From the IMG/VR virus record IMGVR_UViG_3300031939_000001, positions 1 to 63,040 of that record: DNA of 63,040 nt. One strand, written 5' to 3'. Positions within the stretch are counted from its first letter, which is position 1. Each line of letters opens with the position of its first letter. The stretch comes from a virus (Duplodnaviria; Caudoviricetes). The translations under genes were made by a program, and so were the position numbers. Of this stretch, positions 9,963 to 19,406 are shown piece by piece. The notes below the pieces were generated by a model, which saw only the letters and a list, made by a program, of their open reading frames with translations, had not been told where the DNA came from and did not search any database.

Positions 9963-9981
9963 GACGCCTTCTCGTCGAGGT

Positions 9982-10575
9982 TCACGCGGCCGCCTCGTCC
10001 CGGGCGCGGGCGCGGGCCCGGCGCTTGTACTCGGCGCGCGAGGCGTTGGCCGCCGCGCGGCAGGCCTCGTCCACCGGCTCGCCGTTGCGCTTGTGCCGCG
10101 CGGCGGCCGTGGCGGTGCCGCAGGGGGCGAGCGTGCGGCCCTTGCGGACCCTCCGGGCGCGGTTGTAGGCGCGGCGAGCCTCCAGGCACTCGCCGCAGAG
10201 GGCCTCGCCGCGGCGCTTGTGGCCCGACGCCCCGGCGATGGTGCCGCAGGTCGGGTACGCCGTCCGGGCGCGCACCGCCTTGACCAGCGAGCCGGGCGGC
10301 AGGTTGCGCAGCCCGACGGGCAGGGCGGGGTTGTCGCGCAGCGGCGGCGCCTCGCCGAACTTCGCGGCCAGCTTGCCCCGGCTGTACTCGTCGTCGAAGC
10401 CGACGAACCGGTTGCCCAGGTCGTACTCGCTACGGTCGTCCGGGGCCACGGCGTGGCCGGTCGGGTCGATCAGGCCGAGGGCGTCGAGCAGCTCGCGGCG
10501 CTCGGCGACCGGTAGCTCGAGGAGCGCGACCGCGCGGGCGGCCAGCCGGTTGACCGACCAGTCCCCGGTGCTCAC
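9982..10575 (-). CDS. Hypothetical protein with two CGT..H.R.GE..C zinc motifs
   Basis: Duplicated motif typical of actinophage DNA-binding proteins. Confidence 0.65.
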   Translation of the reverse strand: MSTGDWSVNRLAARAVALLELPVAERRELLDALGLIDPTGHAVAPDDRSEYDLGNRFVGFDDEYSRGKLAAKFGEAPPLRDNPALPVGLRNLPPGSLVKAVRARTAYPTCGTIAGASGHKRRGEALCGECLEARRAYNRARRVRKGRTLAPCGTATAAARHKRNGEPVDEACRAAANASRAEYKRRARARARDEAAA

Positions 10576-12317
10576 GCGGCGTCCTCGACACGGGCGAGCC
10601 GGGCGTCGATCAGCGGCAGGTAGTCGGCCTCGCGCTCGATGCCGATGACCTGGACGCCCTCGAGCACGGCGGCCTCGATGGTGGTGCCGGAACCGGCGAA
10701 CGGGTCGAGCACGACGGCGCCGGGCGCGGCGACCAGGCGGATGAGCCAGCGCATCAGCGCCAGCGGCTTCACCGTGGCGTGGACGATCCTGGTGCCGCTC
10801 TCGTCCACGTAGGACGGCCGCTCGCGCGTCGGCGCCTTCGCCACGTACTGGAAGACCGGGAAGAACCGGCTGGCGCCGCCCTGGTCGGCGTGGAACGCCG
10901 GCGCGCGGTCACCCATGCCCCGGAAGGCGCCCTCCATGCTGTCGGACTTGGACGCGCCGGAGTAGGTGGCGCCCGACGCTGGCGCCTTCGCCCCAGCCGC
11001 CGGTGCCTGCCGGTCCAGCTCGCCGACCGGGCAGCCCCCGGCGCAGGCCCAGACCGGTGCGGTCACGTCGGCGCCGACGAAGCCATCGCCGCGCTCGTAG
11101 CCGGAGACGAAGCCGCCGGAGGCCTTCGCGCCGCCGCCGACCCGCTCGGTCGCGGTGCCGACCTGCTCGCAGCCGTCGGCGTGGGTCAGCAGGACGTTGG
11201 TCGGCCAGCGACCCCCGGCCGAGGCCGAGCCGCCGCCGGGGTGCAGGTTGGTGTCGCCCTCGCGCTCGGCGCCACGGGTGCCCGCATGGCCCCGGTCGCC
11301 GGAGTGGTTGCGGGCGTAGTCGGCGTCGGCGACGGTCACTCGGGTGGCGTCGATGTTGAGCGCACCGGTGCCGTGGGCGAGCACGTTCGTGGCGACCGTG
11401 CCGACCAGTGGCTTGCGGCCGACCACGATCGGCTCGAACGCGGGCTTGAGCGCAGTGCCCCAGCCCTGCCAGTCGGCCGCCTCGTCGGCGCCGGGGGTGG
11501 CCTTGTCGATCGCCTTGGCGACGTCCATGGACTTGGGGAAGCCGGACCCGTAGAGCCAGGCGATCGAGTCGCGGATCTCGAAGCCGGCGTCCTCGATGGC
11601 GACGGCCAGGCGGTGCCAGGTGCGGGCGCCGCCGAAGGAGAGCAGGTGGCCGCCGGGCTTGAGCACGCGCAGACATTCGGCGGCCCACATGCGGCACCAG
11701 TCCTGGTAGCCGTCGCCGGACCATGGCGGGTCGACGTACTCGCGAGTGCGCTCGACCCGGGCCTTCAGGTCGGCCATCCGCGACCAGTCCGCGCGACCGG
11801 TCCAGCGATGGCCGCGCTTCATGTTGTTCCACTCCACGACGGCCTGGGCCCAGGGCTCGTAGTCGAGACGCTTCTTCGCCCGCAGGGGGTACTTGTCGAA
11901 CAACCGAACCAGTCGCAGACAGCCCGTCTTGTCGCCCACGGTGTAGGTGCTCTGAGGGTGCGCGTTGCCACTGCCGTCCCCGTCGTTGATGTGGCCGATG
12001 CCGCCGAGGAACCGCTGGATTCGCTCCAGCGTGCCGCGCTCGTCGCGACGGACCTTGATCGCGAAGGTGCAGGTGTAGGTGCCGCGCTCGTGGCGCTGGA
12101 CGCGGAAGCAGCCCTCGCCATCGACGAACCCGGCGAGCCAGTAGGCGAAGGCGGCGTCTTCGTCCTCGTTGTGGGTGTCCCACTCGCGGCCCATAAATCC
12201 GAGCGAGTAGGGCGGGTCGCAGACGATGGCGTCGATCGAGTTGTCGGCGAGCTCGCGCATGACGTCGAGGCAGTCGCCGTGGTGGATGGTGACCTGTTCG
12301 GAGGCGTGGTGGGGCAA
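10572..12317 (-). CDS. N6A/N4C DNA methyltransferase (beta class) with in-frame LAGLIDADG insertion
   Basis: GDCLDV, DPPY, RVLKPGG, HATVKP, LDPFAGSGTT; insert YWLAGFVDGEG; TTG start after GGAAAG. Confidence 0.88.
   Translation of the reverse strand: MPHHASEQVTIHHGDCLDVMRELADNSIDAIVCDPPYSLGFMGREWDTHNEDEDAAFAYWLAGFVDGEGCFRVQRHERGTYTCTFAIKVRRDERGTLERIQRFLGGIGHINDGDGSGNAHPQSTYTVGDKTGCLRLVRLFDKYPLRAKKRLDYEPWAQAVVEWNNMKRGHRWTGRADWSRMADLKARVERTREYVDPPWSGDGYQDWCRMWAAECLRVLKPGGHLLSFGGARTWHRLAVAIEDAGFEIRDSIAWLYGSGFPKSMDVAKAIDKATPGADEAADWQGWGTALKPAFEPIVVGRKPLVGTVATNVLAHGTGALNIDATRVTVADADYARNHSGDRGHAGTRGAEREGDTNLHPGGGSASAGGRWPTNVLLTHADGCEQVGTATERVGGGAKASGGFVSGYERGDGFVGADVTAPVWACAGGCPVGELDRQAPAAGAKAPASGATYSGASKSDSMEGAFRGMGDRAPAFHADQGGASRFFPVFQYVAKAPTRERPSYVDESGTRIVHATVKPLALMRWLIRLVAAPGAVVLDPFAGSGTTIEAAVLEGVQVIGIEREADYLPLIDARLARVEDAA
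11730..12170 (-). mobile_element. LAGLIDADG homing-endonuclease domain inside the methyltransferase ORF
   Basis: LAGFVDGEGCF..F.I..LERIQRFLGGIG..LFDKYPLRAKKRLDYEPW; more AT-rich codons than the flanks; boundaries approximate. Confidence 0.85.
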
Positions 12318-12408
12318 CGGTCGACTTTCCGCGAGGTGGTGGGTGGTGGTGCTGCCCGGTGCCGGGCGGGAGTGGTGGCGGCCAGGCCGCCCGGCACCGG
12401 GGCGAGGG

Positions 12409-12915
12409 TCAGGCCGCAGCAGCCTCGGCGGCCTTGCGCTGCAGCAGGGCCTGCACCTCCGGGGGGAGGCTGTCGAGGTTGGGGATCTGACCGGCGGTGA
12501 CGGCCGCCGGCGCGGCGGCCGGGGTGGGCTTGGCGAAGCCGCCGCCGAGGAACTCGGGGTTCGCACCGAGCCACGCCGTCGCCCGGGCCACGGCGGCGCC
12601 GTCGTTGTTGGCGGCCTCCAGCACCCACGGGGCGGTCTGGCCGGTCTTGGCCACGCCCTGGCCCATGCGGGCGAGGATCGGCTGGCCGCCGATCTTGTCC
12701 TTGGTGGCGCTGATCAGCGCGACGTTGAACCACAACGCCGAGCGGTAGACCTGGCCGGTGTCCACGTCGGCGAGGTCGACGGAGACGGCGTCGGAGACGC
12801 CCATCTTGGTGGGGATGTTCTCCCGGTACTCCTTGGGCACCACGATGAGCAGGTGGCCGGAGAGGTCCGCCGGCTTGGCGATGTCACCGGACAGGGTGGA
12901 GGGTGCGTCGAACAC
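12409..12915 (-). CDS. Conserved actinophage protein, possibly ssDNA-binding/recombination
   Basis: GAAAGGA RBS; beta-rich core with flexible Pro/Ala tail; near the exonuclease. Confidence 0.55.
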   Translation of the reverse strand: MFDAPSTLSGDIAKPADLSGHLLIVVPKEYRENIPTKMGVSDAVSVDLADVDTGQVYRSALWFNVALISATKDKIGGQPILARMGQGVAKTGQTAPWVLEAANNDGAAVARATAWLGANPEFLGGGFAKPTPAAAPAAVTAGQIPNLDSLPPEVQALLQRKAAEAAAA

Positions 12916-12986
12916 AGGGGTCCTTTCGGAGGTGGTTGTGGTGCACCGGCCGCAGACGTCGGCGGCCGGGGTCTTGGGGGGTGCGA

Positions 12987-13277
12987 CTACCAGAGGTCGC
13001 GCTCGGCGAGCACGCCGATCACGCCGTAGCCGGCGAGGTCGAGCAGGGTGTCCTCGAGCGCCTCGTCGGGGACGCCGTTGCCGAGGCTCCGGTCGTGGGC
13101 GAGGTTCTGCAGCCGGGCGTGCTTGTCGAAGATCCGCACGCGCAGGCCGTTGAGCGGGCCGCCCGGGGCGTCCTTGATCGCCGACGGGCCATAGGCGCGG
13201 TTCTTGCGGATCAGTAGGTCGCGCAGCTCGTCGCACGCCTGGGCGATGCTCTCCTCGCGCCGCTCCTGCTCGGTCAC
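12987..13277 (-). CDS. DUF1599 / nucleotide-modification-associated domain protein
   Basis: KNRAYG..VRIFDKHARL..E.LEDTLLDLAGY. Confidence 0.78.
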   Translation of the reverse strand: MTEQERREESIAQACDELRDLLIRKNRAYGPSAIKDAPGGPLNGLRVRIFDKHARLQNLAHDRSLGNGVPDEALEDTLLDLAGYGVIGVLAERDLW

Positions 13278-13840
13278 TTGTGGGTGCCGCCCTGGACGAC
13301 GGTGGAGGCGCCGGAGTCCACGATCTTGCCGTTGGCGTCGGCCGAGGCCTGGCCGCCCTCGGTCTCGACGTAGCCCTCCCAGTAGTCGACGCGCTTGGTG
13401 CCGTCGCCCTGCACGCACACCACGTAGGTGCCGGAGGTGTCGCCGGAGTAGACGCCGGTCGGGTCGGGCTGGGGCAGGGTGATGGTGCCGTCGCCGTACT
13501 GGCCGTGCGCCTGCGACTGCTCGGGGTTGGTGAGCTGCGTGGTGGCCGGGACCGGGTAGCCGATCGACGGGCAGGACTTGATCACCTTGCCGTCGTTGGA
13601 CAGGAAGAACGTGGTGGTCGCGGTGCCCTTGATCTCGGCCTGCTCGACCTCGATCACGGTCTGGCGCATCTCGGAGTAGTTGCCGGTCGGAACCGGCTGG
13701 TCGCGCTGGTAGGTCTCCATCAGCGAGTTGCTGACCCGCTGGTCGTTCTGCGCGGCCGAGGGCCCCGGGTTGGTGCAGGCCGACAGGCCGAGCACGGCGA
13801 CGCCGGCGATGGGGACGAGGGCGAGGGTGCGGCGGTTCAC
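13274..13840 (-). CDS. Lipoprotein
   Basis: Signal peptide with LSAC lipobox; GYPVP..QLTNP, PQPDPTGVY. Confidence 0.8.
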   Translation of the reverse strand: MNRRTLALVPIAGVAVLGLSACTNPGPSAAQNDQRVSNSLMETYQRDQPVPTGNYSEMRQTVIEVEQAEIKGTATTTFFLSNDGKVIKSCPSIGYPVPATTQLTNPEQSQAHGQYGDGTITLPQPDPTGVYSGDTSGTYVVCVQGDGTKRVDYWEGYVETEGGQASADANGKIVDSGASTVVQGGTHK

Positions 13841-13853
13841 GGTTCTCCTTGGG

Positions 13854-14159
13854 TCAGCAGCCGAGGCGGGCGGCATCGGCGGTCAGGTCGGCCGGGGCGG
13901 CCTGGGCGAGGTCGACGTAGAGCGCGCAGAACTCGTCGCGGATCGACGCCTGCTGCTCGGGCACGGCGGTGGCGCGGTAGCCCTCGGCGAGGTCGCGCAG
14001 GTGGTCGACCTCGGCCTGGACGTAGCCCTGCGAGTGGGTGTTCACCTGAAACTCGCGGTTGACGTTCTGCTCGGTGAACCACCACCCGGCCGACCAGCCG
14101 CCGAGGACGACGCCGGCGGACACGATGAGCGCGCCGAGGGTGGCGAGGGTGGCCTTCAC
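13854..14159 (-). CDS. Membrane-anchored protein paired with the lipoprotein
   Basis: N-terminal TM helix, SQGYV motif, terminal Cys. Confidence 0.7.
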   Translation of the reverse strand: MKATLATLGALIVSAGVVLGGWSAGWWFTEQNVNREFQVNTHSQGYVQAEVDHLRDLAEGYRATAVPEQQASIRDEFCALYVDLAQAAPADLTADAARLGC

Positions 14160-14329
14160 GCCTGCTCCACCTGCTCGTTCCAGGCGGCCTGCCAGGTGCC
14201 CCGGCAGTGCACGGCGATGATGGCGTTCTCCTCGTCCAGCACCGTCAGGTCGCCGTCGGCATCCCAGTCGAAGGCGGTGCCCCGGAGGTAGTTGGTGGTC
14301 GTCCTGTCGGTGTCGCGGACCTTGATCAC
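14156..14329 (-). CDS. Hypothetical protein
   Basis: GTGA overlaps on both sides. Confidence 0.6.
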   Translation of the reverse strand: MIKVRDTDRTTTNYLRGTAFDWDADGDLTVLDEENAIIAVHCRGTWQAAWNEQVEQA

Positions 14330-15099
14330 TGCTTCCCTTCCATGACGCCGGCGCAGCCCTCGGAGGCCGCCACCGAGCGATCGGTCGTGTAGTACGGGCA
14401 GAAACGGCAGCCGTCGGTGTCCCGCGGCAGCAGCCCGACGAAGTCATCGAGCGCGTCGAGGTGCTCGGCGACGTTCATCCCGACGACGAGGTCATCGAGG
14501 TCGCCGAGCGCCCCGTGGCAGACCGTGGGGTCGAAGTCCTCGGTCCAGATGTGGGTGTCGGCGAGGAAGCCGGTGCGCGGCAGGAAGACGATCGCGACCT
14601 TCTTGACCGGCTTGCCCTGGTTGGCCCAGCCGACGCCGTAGGTGTGAGCCTGGACCCGGTACTGCCTGCTCGGGCCCGCTGACCGGTACTTCTTCAGTGA
14701 CGAAGCGCCCACGACTTTCCAGTCGACGACGGTGTCGGATTCCAGGTCGTAGAGGTCGCAGGAACCGCGCAGGCCCTCGCGGATGGTGACCTTCTCCTCG
14801 AGCAGCCAGCGGACCGGCTGACCCGTCTTCTGGCGGCCGACGTTGTCGGCGGCGAACGCCTCCTCCAGCCAGGCGTGCACGGCGGTGCCGATGGTCGCGG
14901 CCCAGCGGTCACCCTTGTTGCGCTCGGGGGCGCCGAGCAGCTTGAGTGCGGTCTTCCGCCGGCAGCCGGCGCCGATCTCCGACGGGCCGATCTGTGTCTG
15001 CCGGGAGCGCGGTGCGTTCTCGGCGCTGCCGGTGATGACCGAGAGCAGCTGGCCCAGCAGCGGCGGCGGACCGGCCGGGGCGGCGAAGGCGACGCTCAC
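14326..15099 (-). CDS. Cas4-like PD-(D/E)XK exonuclease
   Basis: GPSEIG.C.R, GTAVH, GSCDL..VVDWK, Q...Y, CRFCPY..C. Confidence 0.88.
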   Translation of the reverse strand: MSVAFAAPAGPPPLLGQLLSVITGSAENAPRSRQTQIGPSEIGAGCRRKTALKLLGAPERNKGDRWAATIGTAVHAWLEEAFAADNVGRQKTGQPVRWLLEEKVTIREGLRGSCDLYDLESDTVVDWKVVGASSLKKYRSAGPSRQYRVQAHTYGVGWANQGKPVKKVAIVFLPRTGFLADTHIWTEDFDPTVCHGALGDLDDLVVGMNVAEHLDALDDFVGLLPRDTDGCRFCPYYTTDRSVAASEGCAGVMEGKQ

Positions 15100-16799
15100 C
15101 GGGTCACCGCCACCAGGACGGCGCGGGCCAGCAGCGGCGGGACGGCGTTGCCGATCTGCTGGAACTGTTTGGTCTTGGTCCCCTGCCACGGGTAGTCGCG
15201 CGGGAAGGACTGCAGGACGGCGGCCTCCTCCAAGGTGACCCGCACCGACCACTTCCCGAACTGCAGCGTCTTACCCCGGCCGGGGTGGCAGTCCTCGGTC
15301 ATGCACTTGTGGCCGGGCTGCCCAATGCGCGGGTCACCCTGCACTGTGGTGGCCGGGCGCTCGGCGACCCACTGCGGACGCTCGTGCCCGAAGGCCAGCG
15401 TGGCGGCGGGCTCGTCGAGGTCGCGCAGCGTGGAGTTGGGGCGCAGGTTGGTCGGGCAGAGCTGGACGTCGCCGGGCGCCGGACGCTCGCCCGCCGGGTG
15501 CACCTTCCAGGCGCTACCGGCCTTGCCGTCGACCGTCGGCGCCGGGGCGTCGATCGGCCGCTCGTACCCCTTGACGTGCTCCCGCCAGTCGGTGCCCTCG
15601 CGCTGCTCGGGGCCGATCAGGTGCTGGTTGGCGCCGGTGGAGACGACCCAGTCCACCGAGTTGAGCCGGGCGCCGAACATGACCGTCGGCGCGGGCTCGT
15701 CGGCGACCCGCACGCCGGCCTTCTCGTGGGTGCCGTTGACGTAGGTGACGTCCGCGCCCTCGGCGTAGGACTCGCCCGGGCCGGGGTTGGTGGAGTCCTG
15801 GCCGTACCACTTCTCGGGGTCGTCGATCCACGCGGCCGCGCCGCCACCGGCGATCGTCGGGGCGGGCTCGTCGCTCGGCCTGGGGCGACCGGCACCGCCG
15901 GCGCCGGCGCCGACCATCCAGACGTCGCCGCCCGGGGCCCAGCGTCCGGCTTCCAGTTCGCCGTAAATCTCGGCGCGGCCGCCGGAGCCGCCGACCTTCT
16001 CCTTGTCCGGGCCACCAGTGGACCGCGAGCACGCGATCGTCGGGTACGGCCGGGCGGTCATGCCCCAGCCGAGCGCCTCGGCCATCGAGACCCACGGGAT
16101 GAGCCCGTCCTCGGCGCCGGTGAACCGGCTCTTGCCCTTGGCGTAGGCGGTGTGCGTCGGCGCCGGCAGGGACGCCTCGGCGGCGCAGGCGCAGCCCATC
16201 GGGAGCCCGGCGTCGCAGTGGCCGCAGACCGTGCGCCGCTTGGCGACGAGGATGGCGCGCTTGCGGGTCTGCGGGACGCCGTACTGCTCGGCCGAGAGCT
16301 TGCCGGTGGCCACCGAGTAGCCCCAGTCGCGCAGCACCTCGGCGTAGGCCTCCCAGACCGGGAGGACGGCGGGCACCTGCTCCAGGGCGATCCAGTCGTA
16401 GCCGCCGAAGGCGAGGGCGTCGCGGATCCAGCGCAGCGGTTCCAGCACCAGGCCGGTGCGCTCGTCGGTGTAGACGCCGTAGTCGATCGCCTCGCCGTTG
16501 GCGACCTTCTTGAGCTCGAGGAGCACGGTGTCCAGCGCGAGGCGCCCGGCGCCCTTGCCGGCGGCCGAGAAGGTCTGGCACGGCGGGGAAGCGATCAGCC
16601 CGCGCGCCTCGGGGAACTCCTGCGGGTCGTAGTGGCGGATGTCGCCCTCGTAGGTGGACAGCCCGGCCGCCCGGCGGGTGGCGCAGGCGGCGGCGTCGAT
16701 CTCGATGCCGAGGACGTGCAGGCCGAGCTCGCGGGCGGCCACGTCCCAGCCGCCCGGCCCGGCGAAGAGGTCGACGGCGTCGACCAAGGAGACGCTCAC
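15096..16799 (-). CDS. C5-cytosine DNA methyltransferase
   Basis: DLFAGPGG, SPPCQ, EQV, QTRKR, QIGNAVPP. Confidence 0.93.
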   Translation of the reverse strand: MSVSLVDAVDLFAGPGGWDVAARELGLHVLGIEIDAAACATRRAAGLSTYEGDIRHYDPQEFPEARGLIASPPCQTFSAAGKGAGRLALDTVLLELKKVANGEAIDYGVYTDERTGLVLEPLRWIRDALAFGGYDWIALEQVPAVLPVWEAYAEVLRDWGYSVATGKLSAEQYGVPQTRKRAILVAKRRTVCGHCDAGLPMGCACAAEASLPAPTHTAYAKGKSRFTGAEDGLIPWVSMAEALGWGMTARPYPTIACSRSTGGPDKEKVGGSGGRAEIYGELEAGRWAPGGDVWMVGAGAGGAGRPRPSDEPAPTIAGGGAAAWIDDPEKWYGQDSTNPGPGESYAEGADVTYVNGTHEKAGVRVADEPAPTVMFGARLNSVDWVVSTGANQHLIGPEQREGTDWREHVKGYERPIDAPAPTVDGKAGSAWKVHPAGERPAPGDVQLCPTNLRPNSTLRDLDEPAATLAFGHERPQWVAERPATTVQGDPRIGQPGHKCMTEDCHPGRGKTLQFGKWSVRVTLEEAAVLQSFPRDYPWQGTKTKQFQQIGNAVPPLLARAVLVAVTR

Positions 16800-17152
16800 G
16801 CGGCCACCTCCGGGTCGCCGTAGCCGGAGCAGCGCAGCAGGTGGGTGGCGTCGGACAGGCGCAGCAGCACCAGCCAGTCGCCGACGGTGGTCTCGCCCTG
16901 GCCGTTGCAGCGGAAGACCACCAGCGGCAGCGCGCCGCCGGCGGTGGACTCGGCCTGCTTCACCCACGCCAGCGGGTTGAGGTCGGAGCGGGCCTTCACC
17001 TCGATCGCCAGGCCGGGGGTGCCGAGGATGTCGCGGCCGCCCCGGCCGGCGCCGGTGGGCTCGGCGAAGGGGAAGCCGCGCTCCTGCAGCCAGTCGGCGA
17101 CGACCTTCTGCGTGCGGTAGCCGCGGTGCTTGCGCGACTGGTTGGTGCTCAC
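16796..17152 (-). CDS. Holliday junction resolvase-like PD-(D/E)XK nuclease
   Basis: K.RG..Q..VA..L, DI..LAIEVKA, PLVV. Confidence 0.8.
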   Translation of the reverse strand: MSTNQSRKHRGYRTQKVVADWLQERGFPFAEPTGAGRGGRDILGTPGLAIEVKARSDLNPLAWVKQAESTAGGALPLVVFRCNGQGETTVGDWLVLLRLSDATHLLRCSGYGDPEVAA

Positions 17153-17522
17153 TCGGTCACCACGACGTCGTCGTCGGACCACGGCTCCAGGTGGCGCCCC
17201 TCGTCGGCGGCCGCCTGGTAGTCCTCGAGCAGGTCGTCGACCGCGTACCACGCGGAGGACTTCTCGTCGTAGCCGTCGCGGTAGGACGTCAGCCAGGCCT
17301 CGATGGCATCGCCGGGCTGGGGGAAGTGCTGGGACATGGGCTCCTCGTTCACGGGCGGTGGGTCACGGAGACGGCGTCGGCGAGTGCCTCGGCGAAGCTG
17401 GGGTGCGGGGTGCTGCGGACCGGGCGGCCCTCGACGTGCACGACGACGCGCCACTGGCCGTCGCGGCGGCTGACCGAGGCGCGCACCTCGGGGCGGCGGA
17501 ACAGGCGGCGCAGCAGGCTCAC
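17149..17522 (-). CDS. Two small hypothetical genes (17149-17337, 17349-17522)
   Basis: RBS and overlaps. Confidence 0.6.
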
Positions 17523-17857
17523 GCCTCGGCCCGATCGAGCAGCCGGAAGCGGCGGCTGGTGTTGCTGCGCAGGTAGCCGCCGACCAGCGCGGGGTGCTCG
17601 CTGCGCAGCCGGGTGACGTCGACCGTGGTGCGGGTGCTGGTCTTGTAGGTGGCGATCGGCAGGCCGCCGATGCGGGCCTCCTCGGCCTCGCCCATCAGCG
17701 CCTGGATCTGCTGGACACAGGCGTCGATGACGTCCTGCCAGGGGCGGATCTTCTCGTCGAGGTCGGACTGCTGGGCGCGCAGCGCGTCGACCTCGGACTG
17801 GGCCCGGGCGATGGTGTCGAGCAGGGTGGCGTGCTGATCGAGGTCGATCGCGGACAT
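17519..17857 (-). CDS. Coiled-coil protein resembling the YqaJ C-terminal domain; first gene of the leftward operon
   Basis: IQALMGEAE..IATYK..VDVTRLRSEHP..Y..SRRF. Confidence 0.7.
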   Translation of the reverse strand: MSAIDLDQHATLLDTIARAQSEVDALRAQQSDLDEKIRPWQDVIDACVQQIQALMGEAEEARIGGLPIATYKTSTRTTVDVTRLRSEHPALVGGYLRSNTSRRFRLLDRAEA

Positions 17858-17859
17858 GC

Positions 17860-18386
17860 GGGGGCTCCACTGTGTTGCGGGAATGGATGGGGAACCCCTG
17901 GGGCGCGCGCTTCCCCGCGCACCACCAGGGGTCGATCGGAAGGCCACCGAGGGCCGGGTGGGATTAGCCCTTTGTGAGGGGAATCGCGGCACCTGCGGGC
18001 GATTCGCAGCCGCTACGCGCTTGACCGCCAGCGGGGCGGCCGTAGATTGGGCGCGCGGCGGATGTTTCGTCGGATGACGACACGGGGTATCTCCGTCCGC
18101 AGGTGGTAGTGGTTGCCCCCCCGACCCGGTGATTCAGCTTGGCGGCCAGGACCGGGCGGGGGTGTGGCTCACAGTGAGGGCGCGATGACGCCCTGTCGTG
18201 GAAGCCGCTGCAGCGTATGAAGCGGCGCGACAACGACACAACGGGGTTGCCCCGACTTTTCGGTGAGTTGTCGCGACCCCCACTGGCCTTGTCGTATCGT
18301 TCACAGCAAAGAGCCCCGTCGTAGGGGAGGAATCGGCGACCCCCGGGTGGCCGATTGCGGGGCTCCGACGCACAGACAGGGCGACG
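17860..18386. promoter_or_regulatory. Divergent control region (possible genetic switch)
   Basis: About 530 bp of lower GC between divergent operons; inverted CGCGACAAC (18226) / GTTGTCGCG (18267). Confidence 0.55.
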
Positions 18387-18833
18387 TTGGCGCAGGAAGT
18401 GGACGCTTTTATCCGCGCGGTGGACGCCGCCTGGGATCGACTCAATCGCATCGAGGGCCGGACGGTTCCCGTCCGCGAACTCTGCCGCCGCGCGCAGGCC
18501 AGCGCGGCCCTGCAGGCCAAGGTCTTCTACCACCTCAACCGCAAGCGGCAGTGGGTGGAGGGCCACCGGGTGCCGCGCGAGGTCATCGACCTGCTCGCCA
18601 GCCAGCTACCCATCGAGGACGAGGAACTCCTGCGGGCCGCGAGCCTGGCCGCCGGGTTCACCGTCGAGCTGGGCGTCGGCGACGGCGCGCCGGACCTGCA
18701 CATCCGGGCCATCGCCCGGTTCTGGGAGCGCGACGACGTCGACGAGGACCGCAAGGCGGCCGTCTACGAGCAGCTCATGGACGTCCTGCGCGAGGAGCAC
18801 CTGCGGGTCCGGCAGATGCGGGCCGCCGGGTGA
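18387..18833 (+). CDS. Putative repressor (divergent XRE-like)
   Basis: VRELCRRA..VPREVIDLLASQL..ELLRAA; divergent position. Confidence 0.55.
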   Translation: MAQEVDAFIRAVDAAWDRLNRIEGRTVPVRELCRRAQASAALQAKVFYHLNRKRQWVEGHRVPREVIDLLASQLPIEDEELLRAASLAAGFTVELGVGDGAPDLHIRAIARFWERDDVDEDRKAAVYEQLMDVLREEHLRVRQMRAAG

Positions 18834-18982
18834 CGTGCGCTGCGTCACCCCGCCCGGCGAGTCGGATCCCGACGGCCTAACGTGGCCCTCGCGCGTTTCG
18901 TTGCTGGGTAGCATCGGATCGCGCGCCGCCCCCCCGGGCGGCATCCCGACTCGCCTGCTCCAACCCACGGGGGAAGCTCACT

Positions 18983-19312
18983 TTGTCCTCTTCCCAGCTC
19001 GCCTCGGACACTCTGCGCGGCCTGGCCGGCGCCCTGTCCGGGCGCTACAGCATCGACCTGCCCGGCGGCATCCACCTGCACACCCGGCGGCTGCCGTGGG
19101 GGGTGGCGGCCGCCGCCATGGTCATCGACGGCGACCTGTACCTCTACTGGGACACCGACCAGCCGCAGGCCGGGCGGCACGCCCTCGAGCTGGTGCGCGA
19201 GCACGCGCCGGAGCTGCTCGGCTATCTGGACTCGATCGGCGACCTGCTCGACCCCCCGACGGGTGAATATCCGCTCCTGGTGCCCGACGCGCCGCTCGCC
19301 GAGGTCGGCTAG
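18983..19312 (+). CDS. Hypothetical protein
   Basis: GC3-rich ORF after GGGGAAG RBS. Confidence 0.65.
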   Translation: MSSSQLASDTLRGLAGALSGRYSIDLPGGIHLHTRRLPWGVAAAAMVIDGDLYLYWDTDQPQAGRHALELVREHAPELLGYLDSIGDLLDPPTGEYPLLVPDAPLAEVG

Positions 19313-19406
19313 CCGTGCTCGCCCTGGTATCGTCGAGCGCGGTGGTGGACGCCGGGTAGCCCTTCCCTTCGGTAGGACTGCTGACAGCCCGGCGTCCATC
19401 CCCGTG

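Noticed and set aside
11730-12170. Intein or group I intron in the methyltransferase
   Set aside because: No splice-junction residues or Hint blocks, and the insert is fully coding
14326-15099. Cas4-like gene as part of a CRISPR-Cas system
   Set aside because: Solo Cas4-like exonucleases are routine phage recombination genes; no cas1, cas3 or Cascade genes are present
17908-17940. TTCCCCGCGCAC as a third I-E repeat
   Set aside because: Lacks the complementary GCGGGG arm at the right spacing
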